A stretch of DNA of 64,000 nucleotides from an uncultured Gammaproteobacteria bacterium (lineage in GTDB: Bacteria; Patescibacteriota; Microgenomatia; UBA1406; HO2-37-13b), in contig CAZTFB010000002.1 of NCBI GenBank assembly GCA_964612595.1, positions 6,663-70,662 of the forward strand. The letters are read 5' to 3'. Under the pieces are notes generated by a model that saw nothing but the letters and a program-made list of their open reading frames with translations, was not told where the DNA came from and did no database searches. The position numbers and the translations under genes are program-made. Positions 53,923 to 62,546 of this stretch are shown here, one piece after another (the first letter of the stretch is position 1; each line of letters starts with the position of its first letter).

Positions 53923-54058
53923 CTGGCCGACGCCGGCCGCGGCCGATCCGAACGGGTGGGGACCCGGCAAGCCGCCGCCCCCGCAGACGTGGGACGACCT
54001 CTCACCACGCATCGGCTCCGACGAAGAGCCAGGAGGTGTGGGAGAAGGTCCGTTCTGA
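53900..54058 (+). CDS. Cassette H sORF2: 52-aa acidic Pro/Trp-rich peptide (below the ORF-track cutoff)
   Basis: My translation is MFVSEPNDWPTPAAADPNGWGPGKPPPPQTWDDLSPRIGSDEEPGGVGEGPF. GC3 is very high, a purine-rich GGGAGAGGAGG lies upstream, and it overlaps sORF1 by 23 nt. Confidence 0.4.
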   Translation: MFVSEPNDWPTPAAADPNGWGPGKPPPPQTWDDLSPRIGSDEEPGGVGEGPF

Positions 54059-54168
54059 TCGACATCTTCCGCAGCTGCTGTTAAGCCGGATATGTCGGTA
54101 AACTGCAGCTGCCCGCTGCCCACAACTCAGTGGAGGGGGGCTTGCTGAGTAGTGGGGCAGCATTTGCC

Positions 54169-54210
54169 CAGAGGCGGCCCTGGTACTGACCAGGGCCAGG
54201 GCCGCCTCTG
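54169..54210 (+). terminator. 15-bp GC hairpin 3' of cassette H
   Basis: CAGAGGCGGCCCTGG pairs with CCAGGGCCGCCTCTG. Confidence 0.55.
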
Positions 54211-54243
54211 CGGTCTATTTGACGACATTCATTGTCTTAAAAA

Positions 54244-54289
54244 GGCTGGCGGACCAGGAACCAACATTTATTTGTCCTGGCCGCCAGCC
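54244..54289 (+). terminator. Second long GC hairpin before dprA
   Basis: GGCTGGCGGACCAGGA pairs with TCCTGGCCGCCAGCC (one bulge). Confidence 0.45.
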
Positions 54290-54334
54290 CATTTCCATAA
54301 TTTATTCTTAATCTTCTCCTGCTACACTCGCCTT

Positions 54335-55459
54335 ATGAGCCTCAACATACACTACACCAACGAAACTGAATATTACGTCGCATTCTCACACATACCTGGT
54401 ATTGGACCAATGACCGTTCAAAAACTAATTACACATTTCGGATCAATTCAAGCCGCTTATGAAACCCCCATTGAGAGTCTCGTCAAACTTATTCCTGCTA
54501 AAATCGCACAAGAATTCGCTAATTTCCGTACAGAAAAAAGTCCCTATAGCATTCTCAAATCCCTGTTAAAAAAAGATATACAAGTTCTTACTCCTGACCT
54601 TCCCCAATACCCTTTAAAACTTCGTAATATCGCTGCTTTTCCTCTTTGTCTCTACGTGAAAGGCAACATTTCCATAATCGCTGAACAAAGCCAAACTTCC
54701 TCACAAAAAAGATCACTCGCTATAGCCGTTGTGGGAAGTAGAGATTGTACAAACTACGGGCGCTATCTCACCAATCTTTTTACCGCTCGCCTCGCCTCAG
54801 CCGGCGTTGTTATCATATCCGGTATGGCAGCTGGCATCGACGCACTCGCCCATACCATAACCCTCAAATACAAATCGCACACAGTCGCAGTACTCGGCTC
54901 AGGTATCGATATTATCTATCCTCGCTCAAATAAAGATCTCTACCAGCGAATTCTTACTGAAGGAAGCACGATAATCAGCGAGTTTCCACCAGGTTACAAA
55001 ACGATACCTGCACATTTCGTCACCCGCAATAGGCTCATTTCTGCGCTGTCTGACGGTGTTTTGATTATTGAGGGCACAAAAACCTCAGGCACTCTTAAAA
55101 CAGCAGACCATGCAGGAGATCAAGGAAAACCAATTTTCCTTCCACCCTACAATCTCAACGCAGAATATGGGTATACCTTCTCCCATCTCATGCAAAACGG
55201 AGGCCATTTTGTCTTTTCACCAGATGATATCTTTGAGCACCTGAACGTAAAGCCTCCCGCTCTCCCACCAGAAATGATACTCAACCTCACCGAAAGTGAG
55301 GCTGAACTCATGTCGCTCATTCGCCAAGACATTGCCGACCCTGATAAACTCTCTGAAAAACTGATGACGCCAATTAATCTCATCTTAAACAGACTCTCTG
55401 AGCTCGAAATTCAAGGCCACATTGCAAAAAATAGCCTGGGAGAATACTATGTATGTTAA
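54335..55459 (+). CDS. dprA: DNA-processing protein DprA (Smf)
   Basis: IPGIGPMT, VVGSRDCTNYG, SGMAAGIDALAH. The true start is MSLNIHY at 54335, with TACACT 6 nt upstream. The ORF-track extension reads through the hairpins. Confidence 0.88.
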   Translation: MSLNIHYTNETEYYVAFSHIPGIGPMTVQKLITHFGSIQAAYETPIESLVKLIPAKIAQEFANFRTEKSPYSILKSLLKKDIQVLTPDLPQYPLKLRNIAAFPLCLYVKGNISIIAEQSQTSSQKRSLAIAVVGSRDCTNYGRYLTNLFTARLASAGVVIISGMAAGIDALAHTITLKYKSHTVAVLGSGIDIIYPRSNKDLYQRILTEGSTIISEFPPGYKTIPAHFVTRNRLISALSDGVLIIEGTKTSGTLKTADHAGDQGKPIFLPPYNLNAEYGYTFSHLMQNGGHFVFSPDDIFEHLNVKPPALPPEMILNLTESEAELMSLIRQDIADPDKLSEKLMTPINLILNRLSELEIQGHIAKNSLGEYYVC

Positions 55460-55875
55460 TGAACGTACTTGATCTGAAACGATTTGAACAAATAGAGGAC
55501 ATTATCGGCACTGTACACAAGGCTTTCCCTCATCTTCCAAAAAAAATTCTTACGCTTTTAACCGAATCACTCCCCTACCTTTCATTCGTATCGGCTCTAG
55601 GAACAGCTAGTTACGCCGTTGCCCTTTTCAAAGGATTTGATCAGCTATTTATCTTCAATCGCATACTGCTTCAGGCAGTCTTGTTGCTCTGTTCAACAAT
55701 TCTATTTATGTCCTTTAAACCCCTATCTCTTTGGATGAAGAAGGGTTGGTATAACCTTTTCTACGTATCACTCATCCAGCTACTTCTCACGCTTATGTTT
55801 TTTAACATTTATACATTTTCAGCTCAAATCATAGCGTGGTATGTCTTATTCGAGGTCAAAAAAGAATATTCATAA
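55453..55875 (+). CDS. Membrane protein, no family assignment
   Basis: 140 aa with 3-4 hydrophobic helices. Overlaps the dprA stop. Confidence 0.5.
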   Translation: MLMNVLDLKRFEQIEDIIGTVHKAFPHLPKKILTLLTESLPYLSFVSALGTASYAVALFKGFDQLFIFNRILLQAVLLLCSTILFMSFKPLSLWMKKGWYNLFYVSLIQLLLTLMFFNIYTFSAQIIAWYVLFEVKKEYS

Positions 55876-56998
55876 GAAGAAGACTGTATCCATCTTTGCC
55901 TTTATCGTAGTCTTACTTAGTTTTGCATATATAGTATCCACAAAATCCAAAACTTCTACTTTACCCTCAATTTCCCAGAATATAGTCAAACCGCAGCAGA
56001 TCGAAAAACCACCGCCTATTCCTGATACGTTTGATCCACCAGAAGGCTCAATTTTCATTCCATATTGGAAAGTTGCAAGTATGTCCGGGCCGCTATTACC
56101 GAACACGATACCCCATAAAAAACTCCGTCATATTATCTATTTTGGGGTCACTCCTATGGATAATGGGGCTCTGGATAGAGCTGAATCAGGCTATACTCAT
56201 CTTACCCAATTTGCAGAAAAAGCAACCAATCTCTCAGGCTCAAAACTCTTAACAATACGCATGTTAAATGAAGATACCACAGAGGCAATCTTAAATAATA
56301 CAACCTATCAAGACAATCTTGTCAATGAATCACTCTCGCTCGCGCAAGAACATTCATTCAACGGCATACTTATTGACCTTGAACATTCCGTACTTCCAAC
56401 TCAAGATACAGTCGATAGCATAACTCGGTTTCTTGAGCGGGCTGCAAACCTTACCCATGAGCGCAATCTAACGTTCTCTACTGCCCTCTATGGCGACACG
56501 TTTTACCGCCAACGCCCTTACGATGTAAAAAAAATAGCCTCATTTTCGGACGAAATTATGATTATGGCTTATGATTTTCATAAAAGTTACGGTGAGCCTG
56601 GACCGAACTTTCCTCTCTTTAGAGGAGAGGCCTTCCCCTATGATTTTGCTGCAATGGTGGATGATTACTTAAGTGCAGTCCCAGCAGAAAAAATTACCGT
56701 TCTCTTTGGTCTTTTTGGCTACGACTGGTCGGTAGACGATCAAAACCGCCCCGCCAAAGCAGCAAAAGCCCTCACATTGGGCAACATTGAGTCTGTACTT
56801 ATCCCAAAATGCCCAACCCTAAAATGTAAAAAAAACCGTACTACATCTGCTTATGAAATGACCATTTCGTATATCGAAGAAACTGGACAAAAACATACAG
56901 TATGGTACGAGGATAGCTTATCAATAAAGGCCAAAGTCTCATTTCTCTCAACAAAAAATATCCCTTCTATTGGCTATTGGGCTTTCGGCTATTATTAA
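55841..56998 (+). CDS. GH18-like glycoside hydrolase (chitinase / peptidoglycan-hydrolase fold)
   Basis: FNGILIDLEH fits the DxxDxDxE catalytic motif. MIMAYDFH is also present, with a signal anchor at the N-terminus. Confidence 0.6.
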   Translation: MSYSRSKKNIHKKKTVSIFAFIVVLLSFAYIVSTKSKTSTLPSISQNIVKPQQIEKPPPIPDTFDPPEGSIFIPYWKVASMSGPLLPNTIPHKKLRHIIYFGVTPMDNGALDRAESGYTHLTQFAEKATNLSGSKLLTIRMLNEDTTEAILNNTTYQDNLVNESLSLAQEHSFNGILIDLEHSVLPTQDTVDSITRFLERAANLTHERNLTFSTALYGDTFYRQRPYDVKKIASFSDEIMIMAYDFHKSYGEPGPNFPLFRGEAFPYDFAAMVDDYLSAVPAEKITVLFGLFGYDWSVDDQNRPAKAAKALTLGNIESVLIPKCPTLKCKKNRTTSAYEMTISYIEETGQKHTVWYEDSLSIKAKVSFLSTKNIPSIGYWAFGYY

Positions 56999-57273
56999 CA
57001 AATAATTAAGTTTGACTTTTCCTATAACAAAGTTGTAAAATGAGTGAGCAAGATCGTTGTAGCGTGAAATTTGCAATCAAGTAGGATAGGGTCTATAATA
57101 ACCTATAGACATAGTGATATTTATCCTATAAGATAACTATATGATGCACCGCTCGACAAGATCGAAGTCTTCGTTATCGTTGTTTGCCCATTTTGGGGTA
57201 AGCTTTGTTTCCCCTCTTCAGAATCTCATAGTTACAAAAACTACCATCCTACCTACAAGTTCTATGATCGCAT

Positions 57274-59400
57274 ATGTCAGCTGAAAGCAGACCCTTTACG
57301 AGAGAAATTGCAGTCAGTTTGGGTACTGCGACCGCACTTGGTCTCGCAGTTTTTGCTGCTAGGCATGGTGAGACTAATACTGTCAGAGCTACAGATTTGG
57401 GTGCTGGATCACATTCACCTCACACACTACAACTAGAGGCACTTCCACCTTGGATAGCACACTCATTCCCTGATCAAGATGAACCCACTACTGAACCCAA
57501 ACCGGCAGCTACAGAAAGCTCCCCTGCAACACCTCGTGCTGAATTAGACGATCGGATATTTTTCCCCATTATATTAGTAGGAGGTGAGGTCGTCGATAGC
57601 GAAGATCCTACAGTTGCTCCCACAGCAACTGCTACCCAAGAACCCAGTTCAACACCCTCACCAGAACCAAGCAATACCCCAGAGCCGAGTTTGACACCCC
57701 CACCAGAGCCGAGCTCTACCCCAGAACCAAGCCCAACCGCCGCCCCACCATCTCCAACATCTAGAGTGCCAATTGAGGTAGAACTGAACGGAGCTATCTA
57801 TGAACCCATTATTGCAGAATCGCCAAAAGTAGAATTAAGTAATGGGCCCACCTTCAATAGTCCGCAATATACAGGTCTTGGGCCTGTAGAGATTATTGTA
57901 CCGGGAAGCACCTCCAATACCGGTCGAATAACCGAAGGTGCTAAGCTTGTGGTTGGGGTAAGGCCAATCGTCGAACCCGTTGCCCCATATGTAAACGAAA
58001 ACAATGAATCACCAGAAGTTGCTTTAGTTACAGCTTCAGGAGAGATTATCGCACGACCTGAAGATGAAAGTAATTGGAGTGTGAATGGGGGTAATCCCTG
58101 TGATGAAATTTATGAATCTGATGGATTAAGCGGCGATGTCGACGTGACATTTGGTGCGAGAGAGTCTGAAACTAGTGAGGGCATTGTAACTGAAGCTTAT
58201 GTCAAGTTGGATGGTAGTGAAGCTGGGTATTGTGAAGAGACAATAGTCTTCCCGCCAATTCCAGATAGTTCAGAAACCTCGCGCACACACTATGTGAGTA
58301 TTAGACTCTCTCCAAATACAGGTGGATTTAGCCTGATTGAAGCCGCACGACTGATACAACCTTATGAAGATTTATCGAAATTACTGGAAACAGAAGAAGG
58401 TAGATTGTTACTTAGTCTAGGTGAGGGAAGTCACAACATTGCAGAAATCGGTCGTCCGTATATGCTTGGTACCGCGGATAGATTTTGGCTTGATCCAGAT
58501 GCGCTCGAAGCTCTCATCTATGGGGAAATTGCAGGCGTAGTTGTTGATAGGGGCGACGTACGCCACCTAGACAACCCCCAACAGCCACGCGCATTTGAAG
58601 ACCTACTACTGGCCGCTTTACATAACGTCAATCTGCAGAGAATTGCCATGGGTAGGAACCCTCTTACCCTTATGACAAACTCATGGATATCTAAAGACGG
58701 CCCATCTGAAGTGAGAAGGATTGCTGAACGAGGTGTCCCTCTTCCACCAGACGCTCAAAACGAAATACGAGTAGCTACACGTAAAGGACTCGATGAGCTT
58801 TACGGCCGGTATGGGCATATTCCTGGGTTCAGAGGGGTGGTTGTTGATAGCGTTGCTGATGCTAACGCTCGATATAATCGATATACCTTAGACGCACCTT
58901 GGGGGTCAGCCTTTGGTATTAATGCTCGTTATAAAGGCCTCCACGCAGATATTTTCGGGCGCGCAGTACATCACAGATATTATCAGGGGGGGGATATTTA
59001 TGCCGCCGAAAGAGGAATTCTTTGGAGTATGCCCGAATACACCTATGATCGAGGTAATGTTCAAATTACAAGAGAAAAAGCGCGCAGTAGTGCATGGAAG
59101 AATTTTGCTGAAGGGCGTATAGAGGCAGGTGAATATTTCGGCAGTATGTTTACTGAAGATAGATTACCCCAAGGATCGGGTGAAGTGAATTGGGAATCTA
59201 TACTACGTGATGCTCTACAAAGGAACTTGAGAGCAGCACCCAATATTTTGGTCATAGAAGGAGCAACTGGTGAACCAGAAGACGTGTTAAGTAGACTTAG
59301 AGAATTACGCGCGATAACCGAAGAACACGACGCATTACTCGCAATACCTGGTGGCATGCCAGGTATGAGTGGGATTGAAATGGTTCGTCGTCTAAAGTAA
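57274..59400 (+). CDS. Large anchored secreted protein with a PT-rich linker, no family assignment
   Basis: TM segment VSLGTATALGLAVFAA. Linker EPSSTPSPEPSNTPEPSLTPPPEPSSTPEPSPT. GC is somewhat above the backbone (two 60-nt samples gave 47-50%). Confidence 0.6.
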   Translation: MSAESRPFTREIAVSLGTATALGLAVFAARHGETNTVRATDLGAGSHSPHTLQLEALPPWIAHSFPDQDEPTTEPKPAATESSPATPRAELDDRIFFPIILVGGEVVDSEDPTVAPTATATQEPSSTPSPEPSNTPEPSLTPPPEPSSTPEPSPTAAPPSPTSRVPIEVELNGAIYEPIIAESPKVELSNGPTFNSPQYTGLGPVEIIVPGSTSNTGRITEGAKLVVGVRPIVEPVAPYVNENNESPEVALVTASGEIIARPEDESNWSVNGGNPCDEIYESDGLSGDVDVTFGARESETSEGIVTEAYVKLDGSEAGYCEETIVFPPIPDSSETSRTHYVSIRLSPNTGGFSLIEAARLIQPYEDLSKLLETEEGRLLLSLGEGSHNIAEIGRPYMLGTADRFWLDPDALEALIYGEIAGVVVDRGDVRHLDNPQQPRAFEDLLLAALHNVNLQRIAMGRNPLTLMTNSWISKDGPSEVRRIAERGVPLPPDAQNEIRVATRKGLDELYGRYGHIPGFRGVVVDSVADANARYNRYTLDAPWGSAFGINARYKGLHADIFGRAVHHRYYQGGDIYAAERGILWSMPEYTYDRGNVQITREKARSSAWKNFAEGRIEAGEYFGSMFTEDRLPQGSGEVNWESILRDALQRNLRAAPNILVIEGATGEPEDVLSRLRELRAITEEHDALLAIPGGMPGMSGIEMVRRLK

Positions 59401-59457
59401 CCCACGCCAATCCATTCTTGATTTTTCTCTTCAAAAACCCTAAGCTTTATTGATATC

Positions 59458-61698
59458 ATGAGAAAGCTAGTACTATTTCTCACTCTTACTTTTTGTGGAC
59501 TCGCCTTTTTAGCGTCTCCGTCTCATGTTAAAGCTCAGCTCGGTGATGGATATGCATCATCGGGTCAGGCCTGCAGTGGGTTGGTCTGTGGTTGTAACAA
59601 TACTGGTTCGGCATTAGGTAAGACATGCCCAGTAGGACTCGAAGGACAACTTGTGGATTGCACAGGGCAAGATATGGCAAACGGACTTTGTGAACAAATG
59701 GGTCCAAATCCAAAAATCACAAAATGTGTAAATCCTAGTTGCCCTACTGCCTCAGATTGTGGGTGCTCACACGAAGTATGTAGTGGCGGTGTATGTGCGT
59801 GCAATAACCTTAGCTCAGCATCAGGAAAAGTATGTGTAAGCGCGAGTCTCGTCAATATGCCAGTAGCTTGTTCAGGCAGCGAATTCATTGGTGGACAATG
59901 TGACTCATATGTAGGTGCCGCAACGATCAACAAGTGCGTTAATCCACTCTGCCCAACCGACGGGGACTGTATATGTGATGCTCCAGATCCTGGCGAACCC
60001 GGAGAACCAACAAGTCCAGGCGGACTAGCCACCCCAACACCAATTCCACAGTGTTTTGATACCTGTTCAGGTGTGGGAGCGGCTGGTTGTCCAAACGGTA
60101 CTGTGTGCGGAGCAGTTGGGGGAGGATTCCGTTGTGTGAACCCAAATGCTAACCCGGCTTGCCCTGAAGCTGATGGGGACTGTTGGTGTGCGGAGCCATG
60201 TGGATGCAGTGCTTTACCAGGAGATGTTTTTACGTGTCCGGAGCCAGATCCACGCCAACCGGGAAAAATTGAGGGGCCTGTCTTTGGCGGCGGTGCCATT
60301 CCTGCCTGTTTTCAATGTGATTTAGCCGGTAATCCTGATTGTGCAAAATTAACGCCTGGCGTTCCTCCCCCACAGCCAACCATTCGATTAGATGAATTAG
60401 ATAGTAATCAATGTAAAAGATATAATCCCATCGCAAAAATTGGCAGCTCACTTCCACCTGAAACATGTGATTGTTTAGGCGAAATATGTTGCCCAAAGTG
60501 CTATGCCCCTGTGGTTGTCGAGGGATGTTCGCCTTCATGCAACTTTGATATAGGTGGCCCGAATGGAGGAGATTCTTGCGCATGCTGGGGCTCAAACTGT
60601 AATAATATCACTCTCGATCCTGGAGTTGATCCAGGCTATGAAATCATATTCCCTACAGGAACTGATAACAATCCCATTGGAAATCTTCAACCAGATATAA
60701 GCTGCGTGCAGTTCAATAACGCAGGGGTAAAAGAGCTTACATTAAGGTGTATTGATGGTACGATATGTAAGAAGGAGATAGTGATCGCGTGTAGCTGTAA
60801 TGCCGGAGAAGAACCAACTCCAGGACCTGGTTATGGAGGTTCGTATGATTTCACCTCCTGGTATAAGCTCAAAGATGATCAATTCCATAAACTTGACACA
60901 ATAAACGATCCTATTCCTGATCCTGTTTCACCTTACGATGATGATGACGCGCAAGAATCACCTGACCCAGCATGTGACGTCAACGACCCAACCGACATTC
61001 GCTGTTTGAACCTTAACCAAGCAGGTGTTGTAACAAGCTTGGGTGATCCAATTAATACGAACGGTGCACCAATCTCACATCGCCAATGGAATAGAACATC
61101 CTACTCCAAGAGCAATCAATACACCCCAGAATCATTCCTTGATTATGCTGTTGCACGAAAACCAGTACATGTTATTAGTAACGTTTCCCAATTGTCCACA
61201 CTCCAAAAAGACACCATCAATATCCTCACTGACAATCTTGTCATAGCTGATACGACACAAGAAGGAGCTGATATTATCGACATTCTTGAAGACCCAGCAC
61301 GCGCACCATACGTGCTTATCATACGCGGCGATCTAACTGTAGATCGTGATATAAATGTTCCAGCACCAGTCACAAACTCGCCGCTTCCCATTGCATTTAT
61401 TGTGGAGGGCGGCGAAGGAGCAACAGGAGATTTGAAAATACACCATTCCGTCCAAACAATGGGCGGCGTATACATAAGTGACACCCTTGATTTTTCATAT
61501 GATTCGGACCGTTCACCGTATCCGCTTAAAATCAAAGGGAATGTTGTTTCTTTCGCCGCAGCAAATCCGCTCAAACGCAACAGAGTAGATGACGGATCAA
61601 AGCCATCAGTGTTTGTTGTGTTTGATCCTATTCTCTACCTTAATATAATGGACTTATTATCAGTTAGAACCTATGATTGGAGTGAAATTACCCAATAA
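59458..61698 (+). CDS. Secreted Cys-rich repeat protein (adhesin-like)
   Basis: Signal peptide MRKLVLFLTLTFCGLAFLASPSHVKA. Three modules end in CVNPxCPxxxDCxC. 746 aa. The stop is 1 nt before the PilX-like start. Confidence 0.65.
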   Translation: MRKLVLFLTLTFCGLAFLASPSHVKAQLGDGYASSGQACSGLVCGCNNTGSALGKTCPVGLEGQLVDCTGQDMANGLCEQMGPNPKITKCVNPSCPTASDCGCSHEVCSGGVCACNNLSSASGKVCVSASLVNMPVACSGSEFIGGQCDSYVGAATINKCVNPLCPTDGDCICDAPDPGEPGEPTSPGGLATPTPIPQCFDTCSGVGAAGCPNGTVCGAVGGGFRCVNPNANPACPEADGDCWCAEPCGCSALPGDVFTCPEPDPRQPGKIEGPVFGGGAIPACFQCDLAGNPDCAKLTPGVPPPQPTIRLDELDSNQCKRYNPIAKIGSSLPPETCDCLGEICCPKCYAPVVVEGCSPSCNFDIGGPNGGDSCACWGSNCNNITLDPGVDPGYEIIFPTGTDNNPIGNLQPDISCVQFNNAGVKELTLRCIDGTICKKEIVIACSCNAGEEPTPGPGYGGSYDFTSWYKLKDDQFHKLDTINDPIPDPVSPYDDDDAQESPDPACDVNDPTDIRCLNLNQAGVVTSLGDPINTNGAPISHRQWNRTSYSKSNQYTPESFLDYAVARKPVHVISNVSQLSTLQKDTINILTDNLVIADTTQEGADIIDILEDPARAPYVLIIRGDLTVDRDINVPAPVTNSPLPIAFIVEGGEGATGDLKIHHSVQTMGGVYISDTLDFSYDSDRSPYPLKIKGNVVSFAAANPLKRNRVDDGSKPSVFVVFDPILYLNIMDLLSVRTYDWSEITQ

Positions 61699-61699
61699 T

Positions 61700-62494
61700 A
61701 TGCGTCGTTATACTGCACAATCCGGTCAAGCGTTACTCATAGCGATTTTAATAGCCTCTGTTCTACTTACCATTGGACTTTCGCTCACAAGCACAACCAT
61801 CCAAGAAACACGTATTGCAAAGCTCCAAGAAGATTCGTCACGCGCACGTGCTGCAGCTGAAGCCGGTATAGATTATGTGCTTGATCAGGAACCAGAAGGT
61901 CAAGTCTTACTCGAAGATATTTTGCCCGTAAACGACGATATTACTGGCTATGCAGAAATTACGCTCGAAACATCCAGTATCTTTACCACTCCGCTTCTCG
62001 GCAAAGATGCACAGTACACAATGTATCTTACCGAGTATGATGCAACAAATCACGAAGTTACTGACGGTACATTTACCGATAGTATCGTTATAAATCGGGT
62101 GCTTCCTGAGAGTGCAGATTGTGGTACAAATTCTTTTGCTGTTGAACTTACCTTTATTAATGTAAATGAAGGGGTTGTGACAAGGCGTATTGTTGATCTG
62201 GAATGTGATGTTATTAGTGGCGAAGGGAATGAGGCTGATTTAGGCTTTCCCTCTACAATTGATACAAGCACCTTTAGCGCTGATCCACAAGTGATGATTG
62301 TTCGCATTATCGCGCCAAACAACAATTTTGATGGTGCAAAAATTAGTTTTAGTCGTGTCAGCGAGCAGCCCTGGCCAGCCCAAGGACGATCTGTTATATC
62401 TGAGGCTACCACAGGGGGAAACGTAACGAAAAAAATTAAGCTCTTCCAATCATTCCCACAATTTCCAGCCGAATTCTTTGTGACAACGTTCTAG
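61700..62494 (+). CDS. PilX/TadG-like pilus-assembly (minor pilin-like) protein
   Basis: N-terminus SGQALLIAILIASVLLTIGLSL...ARAAAEAGIDYVL resembles the PilX_N pattern. ORF 61673..62494, with the start at MRRYTAQ. Confidence 0.55.
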   Translation: MRRYTAQSGQALLIAILIASVLLTIGLSLTSTTIQETRIAKLQEDSSRARAAAEAGIDYVLDQEPEGQVLLEDILPVNDDITGYAEITLETSSIFTTPLLGKDAQYTMYLTEYDATNHEVTDGTFTDSIVINRVLPESADCGTNSFAVELTFINVNEGVVTRRIVDLECDVISGEGNEADLGFPSTIDTSTFSADPQVMIVRIIAPNNNFDGAKISFSRVSEQPWPAQGRSVISEATTGGNVTKKIKLFQSFPQFPAEFFVTTF

Positions 62495-62500
62495 CCTTAT

Positions 62501-62529
62501 AAGCCCGTGGCTTAAAAAGGTCGTGTCTC
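62501..62529. repeat. Repeat family 2, copy ii (AAGCCCGTGGCTTAAAAAGGTCGTGTCTC)
   Basis: 27 of 29 nt identical to 14805-14833. Confidence 0.6.
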
Positions 62530-62531
62530 CC

Positions 62532-62540
62532 TGGTATAAT
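62532..62540 (+). promoter_or_regulatory. Extended -10 TGGTATAAT, leaderless geometry (argS)
   Basis: 6 nt between the -10 box and the ATG at 62547. Confidence 0.5.
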
Positions 62541-62546
62541 AAGCTC

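Noticed and set aside
53541-54123. Minus-strand ORFs 53541..54065 and 53848..54123, and plus-strand ORF 53919..54101, in cassette H.
   Set aside because: They lack an SD and give Arg/Ser/Pro-rich shadow products. The two plus-strand sORFs have SD tracts and higher GC3. This call needs a formal coding test.
54152-54334. N-terminal extension of the dprA ORF (the track start is 54152).
   Set aside because: It reads through two long GC hairpins. DprA homology and a leaderless -10 box begin at 54335.
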